Part shown: piece after piece, positions 1-9,098 of the stretch
Position numbering within the stretch: the stretch's first letter is position 1
Layout: each line of letters starts with the position of its first letter
Virus record (IMG/VR): IMGVR_UViG_3300028588_000061
Coordinates: 1 to 33,905 of that record
From: a virus
Taxonomy: Duplodnaviria; Caudoviricetes
Length of the DNA stretch: 33,905 nucleotides
Reading direction: 5' to 3' (one strand)
Program-made: the position numbers and the translations under genes
Notes under the pieces: model-generated
The model's database searches: none
What the model saw: the letters and a program-made list of their open reading frames with translations, nothing else
Told to the model about the DNA's origin: nothing

Positions 1-676
1 CGTTGATCGACAGCAGGAAGCGTCCGCGGATCCGGCGCAACTGGTCGGCCAGCGCCTGAAAGTCCGCGCGCGCGAACACGTCCTGGCCATAGTCCGTCTC
101 GCAACCCCAGTAGGGCGGGTCGAGGTAGAAAAGCGTGCCCGGCCGATCATAGCGCCGGATGAAGTCGGCATAGCCGAGTTGCTCGATCACTACGCCGGCA
201 AGCCGGTCGTGAATGTCCGCGAGCATCGGCTCCAGCTTCGTGACGTTGAAACGGGCGCCCTGGCTCGCATCGACGCCAAAGTGGCGCTTGCTGACATGCC
301 CGCCAAACGACAGGCGCTGAAGGTACAAGAACCGCACCGCACGGTGCAGGTCGGTCAGCCGATCGCCTGGCAATGCAAGCAGCCGGTTGAACTCGGCCCG
401 GCTCGTCACCTGGAAGCGTAGCTCGTTCATCAAATAGGGATAGTGCGCCTGCAGGACGCGGAACAGGTTGGCGACATCGCCGGAGATGTCGTTAATCACC
501 TCGGCCTTGGGCTTGGTGCGCCGGCGCAGGAATATCCCGCCCATGCCGACGAACGGCTCTGCATAGAGCTGGTGGTCAACGCGCTCGATGATGCGGGTGA
601 GCCGGCCGGCCAGGTTGCGCTTGCCGCCGATATAGCCCGCCGCGGGTGCGACCGGCTGAACAATGGTGCTGGACAT
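1..676 (-). CDS. Dam-like (D12 class) N6-adenine DNA methyltransferase, 3' end truncated by window edge
   Basis: Not in ORF track. Hand translation from ATG at 676: MSSTIVQPVAPAAGYIGGKRNLA...YAEPFVGMGGIF...EVINDISGD...LFYLDPPYWG; contains GGK, the EPFxGxG SAM-binding motif and catalytic DPPY. Confidence 0.93.
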   Translation of the reverse strand, partial: MSSTIVQPVAPAAGYIGGKRNLAGRLTRIIERVDHQLYAEPFVGMGGIFLRRRTKPKAEVINDISGDVANLFRVLQAHYPYLMNELRFQVTSRAEFNRLLALPGDRLTDLHRAVRFLYLQRLSFGGHVSKRHFGVDASQGARFNVTKLEPMLADIHDRLAGVVIEQLGYADFIRRYDRPGTLFYLDPPYWGCETDYGQDVFARADFQALADQLRRIRGRFLLSIN

Positions 677-827
677 GTAGGATTTCGCTCTCTTGTAGGA
701 ACGCGCCCGGCGACATGCCGGGTGCGGGACGGCCAATGGCCGCGGTCGTGGCGAGCGAATCCTCGTCGGTCAGCTGGGCGGCAACCCAGCGCCCCCGCCG
801 GCCATGAAGGCCAGCGGAGGTATCTCG

Positions 828-1919
828 TCAGGCCGCTTGCGCGGCCGGGTTCTTCATCATCGGCTGATAGTCGTTGAAGGCGACCACTTCCTCACCCAGC
901 CAGTCGTTCACCTCCAGCATGCGCGTCTGGATCGGCTCGATCACGTTCCAGTGAAAGGCGTTGGCCGCATCGATTATGCTGCCCAGGCCGCCGGCGTTGC
1001 GCGGCACGAAGCCTAGCAGGATCGGCGGCACGCGGTGCGCGGCGAGGATGTCCTCGGTCGTCGCCTGTTTGATGCCCAGGAACTCGTCCTTGGCGGCGGC
1101 CTCGCCGATCGGGATGATCTGCACCCCGTCCTTCTTCCCGCCCGGCGCATGGATGAACAGGTTCTTGAAGTTGCCCACGCCCTTGGAATCCTCAAGCGCG
1201 TCCTCCAGGTCGTCGGCATCCTCGTCGGACATGGTGGGTTCGCTCAGATAGAACACGAACCCGGCATGACTGCCATTTTCGAAGTATCGCCGGCGAAACA
1301 GCGTCGATTGCTCGTTCAGGAACGCCGACTGCATCGCCGCCAGATATTCCGGCACGCCATAGATTTCCTGCTCCAGGTCGGTTTCGTACAGCTGGAACAC
1401 GCTGCCCGGCGCAAACTCGCTCTCCTGGCGATAGCTTGGTACCCAGAAGAACTGGCCATCGTCCCGGCCGCGCCGCGTGTGGATCGCCGGCGCGTTGAGC
1501 AGCTTCAACGGCTGACCGCCCAGGTTGTCACGCCGCTCGAGGAAAGCGTTGCCCATGGTCAGGAAGTTCAGCGCGAAATCGGCGAAGTTGCGCCGGTCGA
1601 GCAGGCGCGACGGCTTGAAGTGCCGCACGAGCTGATCGCGCTTGTACTGCAGTGCCGACGAATGATGCGCGGTCAGGCGATAGGTGCGCGCCAGCGCCTT
1701 GGGCGGCAACGGCGGCTCGTACCACCGGCCATTCAGCGCGCACTCGGCATAGCTGATCAGGTCGCGGCGATCGAGCACTCGCTCCGCGTCGCCGAAGCGG
1801 AACGCCCTGGTCCGGCTGCGGCCGGCGCCGGCGTTCACCACCGCACCGCCCGCGCTCGTCGCGATCGCGGCGTCGGCGCCGGCGCTGCTCGCCGGCGCTG
1901 GGATCATCGGACTTTGCAT
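828..1919 (-). CDS. Phage portal protein (P2 gpQ / PBSX family)
   Basis: Motifs WYEPP, QEIYGVPEY, FRRRYFENGSHAGF, SKGVGNFKNLF, AAHRVPP; downstream of terminase. Confidence 0.95.
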   Translation of the reverse strand: MQSPMIPAPASSAGADAAIATSAGGAVVNAGAGRSRTRAFRFGDAERVLDRRDLISYAECALNGRWYEPPLPPKALARTYRLTAHHSSALQYKRDQLVRHFKPSRLLDRRNFADFALNFLTMGNAFLERRDNLGGQPLKLLNAPAIHTRRGRDDGQFFWVPSYRQESEFAPGSVFQLYETDLEQEIYGVPEYLAAMQSAFLNEQSTLFRRRYFENGSHAGFVFYLSEPTMSDEDADDLEDALEDSKGVGNFKNLFIHAPGGKKDGVQIIPIGEAAAKDEFLGIKQATTEDILAAHRVPPILLGFVPRNAGGLGSIIDAANAFHWNVIEPIQTRMLEVNDWLGEEVVAFNDYQPMMKNPAAQAA

Positions 1920-3783
1920 GAAGGGCTCTCACTCTCGTCTTAGTGCTGGTGGTGTCGGTGGGATCGAGCGGCTCGTTGTAGAGCGCATGCATGATCGCCC
2001 AGGCCAGATCCGCGTGGCCGGTGTCGCCGGCGCGGCTGGCGACATAGGTCACCTGGCGCTGGCTTTTGGTCAGCTCGGCGCGGATCGCCATGAAGCTCGC
2101 CATGATGTCGCGCGCGCCCTGGTCGAACTCCAGGCGCTTGGCCTGCATCACGCTCTTGGCCTTCAGGACCATCTGCGTCTTCACCGGCACCGAATAGTCG
2201 ATGCGCTTCGCGGTCGGGAATTTCTTCACCACCAGCTGCCACACAGACGCGCCGACGCCGGTGCTGTCGATGCCGATATAGCCGACATTGTAGCGGTCGA
2301 GCTGTTCCAGGATCTTCGCGGCCTGCTCGGTAAAGCCTAGCCCCTTGAGCCGGTGCTTCTCCAGCACCCGGAACTTGCCTTTGGGCCCATTCGGCGCGGC
2401 GATGATCACCAGCGCCGCATCGTCGCCTGCGGCGCTCTCGGCCGGATCGTACCCGATCCACACCTCGCCATCGCGGTACGGCCGGACGGCGAACGGGTCG
2501 AAGTCCTTGGCCCACGCGTCCCAGCTGTCGACGCCGCAGCTGCGCATCAGGTTGAACGGGAACATCGACGCGGTGTCGTCGACGAAATTGCACATATAGA
2601 GGTTGTCGAAGACGTCGGGCGCATAGCGCCGGCGCAGCCGGTCGATGTCGAACAGGTCGCAACCGCCCGCCTGCGCGTCCAGGATGCTGACTTTCTGCCG
2701 CCAGATCCCGTCCGCGCCAACGACGCCGGCGCGCAGCTGCTCGTCGCTGAAGCGGAAGTCGGCGCGATCGCCCTTGGGCCGATCCTCGTTATACGCCTCG
2801 CCCGACCATTTCTTGTGCGCCTGGTGCGCGATCGTCGACGGCGTCGAGAAATAGGTGATGCGATACCGCTTCTGGCTCGCCATGGCGCTGGCGACGTCGT
2901 CTATCTGCTCGAAGCCGTGTACCCAGAAGACTTCGTCGACATAGACGTCGCCATGGTAGGACTGCGCGGTGCGGTAGTTGGTGCCTAGGAAGTACAGCTT
3001 GGGCGCTTCACCCAGCGGCCCCTCCACCCCGTCCAGGTCCAGCGTGATCGGATCGCCCTGCAACTGGACGCCCGTCACCTTCATCACGAAGTCGATGATG
3101 TAGGCGCGGAAGTTGTTGGCCTGGGCCCGGCTCGCTGAAATAAATATCTGGTTGTTGCCGGTCTGGAGCAACCGGATGAATGCTTCGCGTGCGAAGTAAT
3201 AGGTTGCACCGATCTGGCGGCTCTTGAGGATGAAGCGCGTGGTGAGCGCCGTGCCGCCCAGCAGATCGTCCTTCGGCCCGCGCCAGGCCAGCTGATAGTC
3301 GAACAGGTCGTTTTCGAACGCGTCGATCAGCGTGGCGATCTGCAGCTCGTCCAGGTGGTTCTTGCGGGCCGGCTTCTTCGGCCCGGCATTCCGCGCCGCC
3401 ACCTTGGGGTTCAGGTCGACTTCGTTGCCACCCGGCGCCAGGTAGCGCCGCACCCGCGCCATCCGCTCGATCTGGCGACCGAGCAGGTCGATTTCCTTAT
3501 AGTCGCTGCCGCTCTTGGTCTCCTTGGCGACCAGCATGCAGTAGCGCGCGACGGTGCAATCCTCGGCGCGCTCGATCTGCGGCGCCTCATCCCACTTGTC
3601 GCGCCCCTTCCAGCTCGCGACGGTCGCGACCTTCAGGTCCAGGCCGTGCAGCTGGTTCAGTTCGTCCACCAGCTCGGTCACGCCCCACCCACGCCAGTAC
3701 AGGCTCCGCGCCAGGCGGCGCGGGTCCAGGTAGCGCTCGTCGTGAATCGGCGCGGTGGGTTCGGGATGGCGTTCTGTCGGCAT
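1528..3783 (-). CDS. Terminase large (ATPase/nuclease) subunit, P2 gpP-like; ORF extends 392 bp into portal
   Basis: LKSRQIGATYYFAREA (Walker A region), VYVDE (Walker B), WIGYDPA nuclease strand, GHADLAWA; start placed at MPTERH (3783). Confidence 0.93.
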   Translation of the reverse strand: MPTERHPEPTAPIHDERYLDPRRLARSLYWRGWGVTELVDELNQLHGLDLKVATVASWKGRDKWDEAPQIERAEDCTVARYCMLVAKETKSGSDYKEIDLLGRQIERMARVRRYLAPGGNEVDLNPKVAARNAGPKKPARKNHLDELQIATLIDAFENDLFDYQLAWRGPKDDLLGGTALTTRFILKSRQIGATYYFAREAFIRLLQTGNNQIFISASRAQANNFRAYIIDFVMKVTGVQLQGDPITLDLDGVEGPLGEAPKLYFLGTNYRTAQSYHGDVYVDEVFWVHGFEQIDDVASAMASQKRYRITYFSTPSTIAHQAHKKWSGEAYNEDRPKGDRADFRFSDEQLRAGVVGADGIWRQKVSILDAQAGGCDLFDIDRLRRRYAPDVFDNLYMCNFVDDTASMFPFNLMRSCGVDSWDAWAKDFDPFAVRPYRDGEVWIGYDPAESAAGDDAALVIIAAPNGPKGKFRVLEKHRLKGLGFTEQAAKILEQLDRYNVGYIGIDSTGVGASVWQLVVKKFPTAKRIDYSVPVKTQMVLKAKSVMQAKRLEFDQGARDIMASFMAIRAELTKSQRQVTYVASRAGDTGHADLAWAIMHALYNEPLDPTDTTSTKTRVRALHAKSDDPSAGEQRRRRRRDRDERGRCGGERRRRPQPDQGVPLRRRGASARSPRPDQLCRVRAEWPVVRAAVAAQGAGAHLSPDRASFVGTAVQARSARAALQAVAPARPAQLRRFRAELPDHGQRFPRAA

Positions 3784-3829
3784 CGTGGGCGACGCTACCC
3801 GCACCACCCGCCCTGGTGCCCCCGGCGCT

Positions 3830-3854
3830 TGTTGTAGCACCGCGAGCTACAACA
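3830..3854. promoter_or_regulatory. Late-promoter activator (Ogr-type) site between divergent P and O genes
   Basis: TGTTGTAG-N9-CTACAACA inverted repeat; identical arms at 10008 and 16049. Confidence 0.8.
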
Positions 3855-3967
3855 GCCCCGCGTTGCGCTCCGGGGCCATTCTCCCGCTTGTTGCAGGCTC
3901 AGGACGCGGGCCGGTTCCCCCTTTCCCGCCCGCGTCCACCCGAACCACCCGGAGCACGCCGAGCGCC

Positions 3968-4828
3968 ATGTCCAAGCTGTCCAAACCCTTCCGCTTCGCC
4001 ACCGAAGGCGCGACCTGTGACGGCCGCACCATCTCCCGCCAGGACATCGTCGACATGGCGGAAACCTATGTGCCCGCCACCTACACGGCGAACAGCAACA
4101 TGGAGCACATCCGCGGCCTCACCCCCGATGGTCCATTCGGCGCCTATGGCGACGTTGTCGCGCTCTCCACGGCCGAAGTGACCCTGTCGATCGGCGGCAA
4201 GGAAGAGAAGCGCCTCGCTCTGTACGGCCAGGTCAACGCCACCGACGAACTCATCGCGCTCAATGCAAAGAAGCAGAAGCTCTTCCCCTCGATCGAGATC
4301 AACCCGAACTTTGCCGGCACCGGCAAGGCGTACCTCCAGGGCCTCGCCTTCACCGACAGCCCGGCCTCGCTCGGCACCGAAATCATGACCTTTGCCGCGG
4401 GCCAGGGCGACAAGAACCCGCTCGCTTCGCGCAAGGTCGCACCCGGCAACTTCTTCAGTGCCGTCGACGAGGGCGTGAAGCTGGACTTCGTCGAACCCAC
4501 CGCACCCAGCGATGAGACCAGCCTCTTCGCGGCAATGATGAAGATGTTCACGAAGGGCGAAACCCCGCCCGCTCCACCGGCGCCGCCTGCGCCGCCCGCC
4601 CCGCCTGCCCCGCCCCAGGCCGACAACGACAATCTAAGCGCCAATCTCGCCCAGGTTCTCCAGGGCATCACCAAGCTTAGCGAGAAGGTCGACGGCATCG
4701 GCTCCCGCCTGACGGTTGTCGAAGGCGAACAGACCCAGCTGTCGACCACGTTCAGCAACACCGACGCCAGCCAGGTGCGCCGTCCGCCGGCCGATGGTCG
4801 CGGCAACTTCGCCAAGGCCGACTTCTAA
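3968..4828 (+). CDS. Capsid scaffolding protein/protease (gpO)
   Basis: FRFATEGATCDGR, EHIRG, PSIEINPNFAGTGKAYLQGLAFTDSPASLGTE; Pro-Ala-Pro linker. Confidence 0.93.
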   Translation: MSKLSKPFRFATEGATCDGRTISRQDIVDMAETYVPATYTANSNMEHIRGLTPDGPFGAYGDVVALSTAEVTLSIGGKEEKRLALYGQVNATDELIALNAKKQKLFPSIEINPNFAGTGKAYLQGLAFTDSPASLGTEIMTFAAGQGDKNPLASRKVAPGNFFSAVDEGVKLDFVEPTAPSDETSLFAAMMKMFTKGETPPAPPAPPAPPAPPAPPQADNDNLSANLAQVLQGITKLSEKVDGIGSRLTVVEGEQTQLSTTFSNTDASQVRRPPADGRGNFAKADF

Positions 4829-4886
4829 GCGGCGCCTGGCGCTCGCCTCCTACCCCGAAACTCACCGAAACCCGGAGACCCGTCCC

Positions 4887-5912
4887 ATGGGCATGCGTAA
4901 CGACACCCGCGAACTGCTCGACGAATATCATGCCGACGTCGCCCGGATGAACGGCGTCAGCAACATCGAAAAGTCCTTCAACGTCGCGCCTCAGATCCAG
5001 CAGAATCTGGAAACGCGGGTGCAGGAATCGAGTGCCTTCCTGTCGCAGATCAACGTGATCGGCGTCGACGACATGGAAGGCGCCACGGTCGGCCTGTCGA
5101 TCGGTGGCATGATCGCCGGCCGCACCGACACCAACGGCGGTGGCCGTCGCGAGACGCGCTCGGTCCACGGCCTGGAGGAACACCGTTACAAGGTGGCCCA
5201 GACCAACTTCGACACCCACATCACCTACAACCAGCTCGACGTCTGGTCGCGCTTTCCCGACTTCCAGACCCGCATCGCCGCGGCGATCGTCGAGCGCTGC
5301 CAGCTCGACCGCATCGCGATCGGCTTCAACGGCGTCAGCATCGCGCCCACCACCGATCGCGTCGCCAATCCCCTCGGCCAGGACGTCAACATCGGTTGGC
5401 TGGAGCGCATGCGCACCGAGAACCAGGTGCGCGTGATGGAAGAAGGCGCGGTCGCTGGCGGCAAGGTCCAGGTCGGCAAGGGCGGCGACTATGCCACCCT
5501 CGACGCGCTGGTCTGGGACGCCGTGCAGTCGCTGCTGCCCAGCTGGGCCAAGGGTCGCACCGACCTGGTCGCGATCTGCGGCCAGGGTCTGCTCCACGAC
5601 AAGTATTTCCCGCTGATCAACGCGGAGGAAAAGCCGACCGAACAGATCGCCCGCGACCTGATCATGTCGTCGAAGCGCCTGGGCGGGCGTCAGGCTGCCG
5701 AAGTGCCGTTCTTCCCCGACAATGCCGTCCTGATCACCCCGTTCAAGAACCTGTCGATCTACTATCAGAACGGTAAGCGCCGCCGCTACGTGCAGGAAAA
5801 CCCCGCGCGCGACCGGATCGAGGACTTCAACTCTTCGAACGAAGGCTATGTGATCGAGGATTACGATGCGGCCTGCATGGTCGACAACATCGAAATCCTT
5901 CCCGCGGCCTGA
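4887..5912 (+). CDS. Major capsid protein (P2 gpN family)
   Basis: MRNDTR start, QESSAFL, LDRIAIGFNG, NPLGQDVNIGWL, NLSIYYQ, SSNEGYVIEDY; alternative start 4893. Confidence 0.95.
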   Translation: MGMRNDTRELLDEYHADVARMNGVSNIEKSFNVAPQIQQNLETRVQESSAFLSQINVIGVDDMEGATVGLSIGGMIAGRTDTNGGGRRETRSVHGLEEHRYKVAQTNFDTHITYNQLDVWSRFPDFQTRIAAAIVERCQLDRIAIGFNGVSIAPTTDRVANPLGQDVNIGWLERMRTENQVRVMEEGAVAGGKVQVGKGGDYATLDALVWDAVQSLLPSWAKGRTDLVAICGQGLLHDKYFPLINAEEKPTEQIARDLIMSSKRLGGRQAAEVPFFPDNAVLITPFKNLSIYYQNGKRRRYVQENPARDRIEDFNSSNEGYVIEDYDAACMVDNIEILPAA

Positions 5913-5916
5913 TCCG

Positions 5917-6681
5917 ATGGCGATGTCCCCTGCCAAGCTGCACCTCGCACGCGCCGCCGCGCGTGCGGGCTCGGCGCCCGCCGGCGCGGTTCGCCCGCCG
6001 GTGGCCGCGACCGAGGCCTATCTGCTCCAGCGCGCCGCGCTGGGCGTGGATCTGCGCCAGCTGCGCGAGATCCAATCCACGGAACGCAAGATCGAGGCGA
6101 AGCGCACCATGCTGCCCGCCTATGATCCGTGGATCGAGGGCGTGCTGCAGGCGGATGCCGCCGGCAAGGGCGGCGCCCAGGACGACATCGTCACCCATGT
6201 CATGATCTGGCGCATCGACGTCGGCGATTTCGCGGGTGCGATCCCGCTCGCTGAGTACGTGCTGCGCCACAACCTCATTCTGCCCGAGCGCTTCGAGCGC
6301 ACGGCGGCAACCTTGATCGCTGAAGAAACGGCCGAGGCCGCTCTGAAAGCACTCGGGCAGGATACCGACTTCGACTTGGATACCCTCGCCCAGGTCGATG
6401 ACCTGGTCGAGATCCACGACATGCCCGACCAGGTCCGCGCCAAGATGGAAAAGGCGCGCGGCCTCCACCTGTTGCGCCGCGCCGATCGGCTTGAACCCGA
6501 CGCGGACGGCGTCGCCGGCGGCAAGCGCGCGGCCTACGAACGCGCCGCCATCCACCTGCGGCGTGCCCAGGAGCTGAACGCCTCGGCCGGCGTGAAGAAG
6601 GACCTCAACCGCATCGAGCGCGAGATCCGCAAACTGGTCGAAGCCGCCGGCGCGGAAGGAGCTGACCACGCACAGAATTAG
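5917..6681 (+). CDS. Terminase small/endonuclease subunit (gpM)
   Basis: MSPAKLH, QDDIVTHVMIWRIDVGD, DMPDQVRAK, GVKKD; follows capsid. Confidence 0.92.
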   Translation: MAMSPAKLHLARAAARAGSAPAGAVRPPVAATEAYLLQRAALGVDLRQLREIQSTERKIEAKRTMLPAYDPWIEGVLQADAAGKGGAQDDIVTHVMIWRIDVGDFAGAIPLAEYVLRHNLILPERFERTAATLIAEETAEAALKALGQDTDFDLDTLAQVDDLVEIHDMPDQVRAKMEKARGLHLLRRADRLEPDADGVAGGKRAAYERAAIHLRRAQELNASAGVKKDLNRIEREIRKLVEAAGAEGADHAQN

Positions 6682-6805
6682 GCGCGCACTGCGCTGACCC
6701 TCTCGCCCCGCGAGCGCTCGGGGGGCGGAGCCGATCGAACGCCGGCTTCGTGCCGACCGCGCCAGCTCGCTCCCCACCCCCCGCCAGCCTCGCTCAGGAT
6801 CTCCG

Positions 6806-7282
6806 ATGAACGCGTTCACTTCGACACCGCCGGCCTCCGCCGCTCCAGCCCAACCGGCACTGCCGGATCTGATCGGCAACGATGGCTGGTTTCCGGCCAT
6901 GTCGATCGCGTCGACGCGCCAGATTCTCAACGTCACCACTGCCATCACCGATCACCGCGTCCGCGACGCGATCGTCGGCGCCATGCTCTCGATCAACCGC
7001 CAGCTGCGCGACTGGAAGCTGAAGACCGCCGCCACGTCGCTTGCCGAGGTTGAGCAGGAAACCATCAACGGCGCCGGCCGCCTAGTCGAACTGTACGGCC
7101 GCGCCGTGCGCGCGGAGGCCGCGGCGATCCTGTCCGACTTCAACGACACGCTGTCGGCGACCGAGGGCGGCCGCAAGCGTGAGGAAGCCGAACAATCGCC
7201 GGCGGACCATCACCGCCGCGTTGCAACGCATTGCGTCCGCGACATGCTGGGCAAGGGCCGCACCAAGGTCCGGCTCGTATGA
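6806..7282 (+). CDS. Head completion/stabilisation protein (gpL)
   Basis: NDGWFP motif, C-terminal VRDMLGKGRTKVRLV, synteny. Confidence 0.88.
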   Translation: MNAFTSTPPASAAPAQPALPDLIGNDGWFPAMSIASTRQILNVTTAITDHRVRDAIVGAMLSINRQLRDWKLKTAATSLAEVEQETINGAGRLVELYGRAVRAEAAAILSDFNDTLSATEGGRKREEAEQSPADHHRRVATHCVRDMLGKGRTKVRLV

Positions 7283-7491
7283 CAACGATCGCCCACGCCC
7301 TCGATGGCGAGCCGCTCGATGCGCTCGTCTGGCGCGTGACGGGCGGCGGCCCCGCCGCCGTCGAAGCCACGCTGCTGCTGAACCCGGGCTTGGCCGCGAT
7401 CGGCGCCGGCCTGCCCGCCGGCCACCAGGTCCAACTGCCCGATACCGCCGCTGCCCCCGACGAGCTTCCCCTCGTCCAGCTCTGGGACTGA
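7279..7491 (+). CDS. Tail protein X (LysM-like)
   Basis: ALDGEPLDALVWR...NPGLA...LPAGHQVQLP...VQLWD; ATGA overlap with gpL. Confidence 0.9.
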   Translation: MTTIAHALDGEPLDALVWRVTGGGPAAVEATLLLNPGLAAIGAGLPAGHQVQLPDTAAAPDELPLVQLWD

Positions 7492-7497
7492 CCTGTC

Positions 7498-7842
7498 ATG
7501 AAGGAACACATCCACGAAGCAGGCATGGCCGCCTTGACGTTCCTCGGCGGCCTGGTGCCGGCGGCGCTCGGTGCGGCGGTCAGCCTCACCTATGAGACCG
7601 GCCTCACCTGGGGCCAGCGTGCGATCCAGATGGCCGTCGGCATCACGGTCAGCTTCTTCGTCACCAACCTCACCAGCGGCATCTGGTCGCTTAGCGCCTA
7701 TGTCGCGCAGGCGATCGGCTTCGTGATGGGCATGATCGCCTTCAAGGCCACGCCCAAGTTCATCGCCGCCTGCACCGAAAAGGTGGCCGAACTGCCCGCC
7801 GCGATCTTCGACCGCTTCTTCCCGCGAAAGGACCGCCTGTGA
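7498..7842 (+). CDS. Putative holin
   Basis: 114 aa with about three hydrophobic segments, immediately upstream of the endolysin. Confidence 0.7.
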   Translation: MKEHIHEAGMAALTFLGGLVPAALGAAVSLTYETGLTWGQRAIQMAVGITVSFFVTNLTSGIWSLSAYVAQAIGFVMGMIAFKATPKFIAACTEKVAELPAAIFDRFFPRKDRL

Positions 7843-8342
7843 CCTATGATCGCCAGAAGCTGCGCGTCGAGCTCGTCCGCGACGAGGGCGAGAAGCTCGC
7901 CGTCTATCGCTGCACCGCCGGCAAGCGCACGATCGGCGTCGGCCGCAACCTGGACGATGTCGGGATCTCGGCCGCGGAGACGGCCAAGCTCGGCATCACC
8001 GTCTCCAGCTGCGTCGCGCGTGGCATCAGCCAGGCGCAGAGCCGCACCTTGCTCGACAGCGACATCGACCGTTGCGAACGGGATCTCGATCGCGCGCTGC
8101 CCTGGTGGCGCACGCTCAACCCGGTGCGCCAGCGCGTCCTGCTCAACATGTGCTTCAACATGGGGGTAGGCCGCCGCGGCGTGTCGGGCCTGCTCAGCTT
8201 CACCAACACCCTCGCCATGATCGAGCGCGGCAATTTCGCCGGCGCCGCTGCCGGCATGAAAGCGTCGAAGTGGCACCGTCAGGTCGGTCAGCGCGCCGTT
8301 CGCCTGGAGGCGATGATGCAGACCGGAAAGGAACCCGCATGA
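7839..8342 (+). CDS. Endolysin, T4-lysozyme-like muramidase (GH24)
   Basis: DEG...Y.CTAGKRTIGVGRN, LLNMCFNMG, SKWHRQVGQRA. Confidence 0.9.
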   Translation: MTYDRQKLRVELVRDEGEKLAVYRCTAGKRTIGVGRNLDDVGISAAETAKLGITVSSCVARGISQAQSRTLLDSDIDRCERDLDRALPWWRTLNPVRQRVLLNMCFNMGVGRRGVSGLLSFTNTLAMIERGNFAGAAAGMKASKWHRQVGQRAVRLEAMMQTGKEPA

Positions 8343-8854
8343 AGATCCTGCTCACCGGCCTGTGGGCCAAGCTGAAGGGCGAAATCGGCTTCCTTGTGCT
8401 GCTCGCCGTCGCGATCGTCGGTGCCTGGCTCTACGTCCAGCTCCAGCAGATCCGCGCCGATCGCGATGCGGTGGTGCAATGGGCCGAGGTCACTTGCGCG
8501 GGCGCCGGCGCCGGATTCGGCCCCTCCATCGATCCCGCCAAAGCCATCGACGGGAAGACGGTCGCGGTGAAGCACGCCCGCGGCCAGCTCTGCACGCGCC
8601 GCGTCACGGATCTCGCCGGCTTCAAGGCGCAGTCCGATCAACAGACCGCCCAGCTGCTCGCCGCGGCGATGCGCGAACAAGCCGAACGCCAGAACACCGA
8701 CACCCTGGCCGCCCGCTCCGCTGCCGAAGCAGCGCGATCGGCGGCCGAACGCATGGAGGCAGCCGATGCCGAAGCTGAACGCAAAAACCTTGTCGATCGT
8801 GATTGGTTCGCTGCTGTCAACGGCGTTGCCGGGCTGCGCCCTGCGAACCGTTGA
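8339..8854 (+). CDS. Putative inner-membrane spanin (Rz-like)
   Basis: N-terminal TM (IGFLVLLAVAIVGAWLYV) then Ala-rich coiled coil; ATGA overlap with endolysin. Confidence 0.7.
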   Translation: MKILLTGLWAKLKGEIGFLVLLAVAIVGAWLYVQLQQIRADRDAVVQWAEVTCAGAGAGFGPSIDPAKAIDGKTVAVKHARGQLCTRRVTDLAGFKAQSDQQTAQLLAAAMREQAERQNTDTLAARSAAEAARSAAERMEAADAEAERKNLVDRDWFAAVNGVAGLRPANR

Positions 8855-9098
8855 AGTCCCGGTCGACAAGCCGGTGCCCGTCGCCGCGCCGATCGAGCGG
8901 ACCCCGCCCGCCGAGTTGACCGGCTGCGCGGAGCGGCCCCAGGGCCTGCCCGAGGATCCCGCGCTGATCGCCCAAATCCCCACGTCGATCCGCGCCGGCA
9001 TCATCCGCCTGGCCCGCGCCTTTGCCGGCAACGCCTCCCAGCTTGACCGGCTGGTAAACTGGAACGCGCCGGGCACCTGCCCGGCCGGCGCCAAGTGA
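8766..9098 (+). CDS. Putative outer-membrane lipoprotein spanin (Rz1-like)
   Basis: Signal peptide ending LPG-C lipobox, Pro-rich, overlaps 3' end of the i-spanin in another frame. Confidence 0.72.
   Translation: MPKLNAKTLSIVIGSLLSTALPGCALRTVEVPVDKPVPVAAPIERTPPAELTGCAERPQGLPEDPALIAQIPTSIRAGIIRLARAFAGNASQLDRLVNWNAPGTCPAGAK

Noticed and set aside
1-827. cos site or second att copy
   Set aside because: No duplicate of the tRNA 3' end and no recognisable cos sequence found; probably left of the window
179-877. Plus-strand ORFs 179-421 and 443-877
   Set aside because: Antisense to the clear Dam-like gene that the ORF track missed because it runs off the edge
3755-3967. N-terminal extensions of gpO and gpP given by the ORF track
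   Set aside because: They span the divergent late-promoter region; recognisable homology begins at 3968 and 3783
4564-4617. Short tandem repeat-like DNA (PAPPAPPAP)
   Set aside because: Proline-rich linker inside the scaffolding protein; not a CRISPR or regulatory repeat
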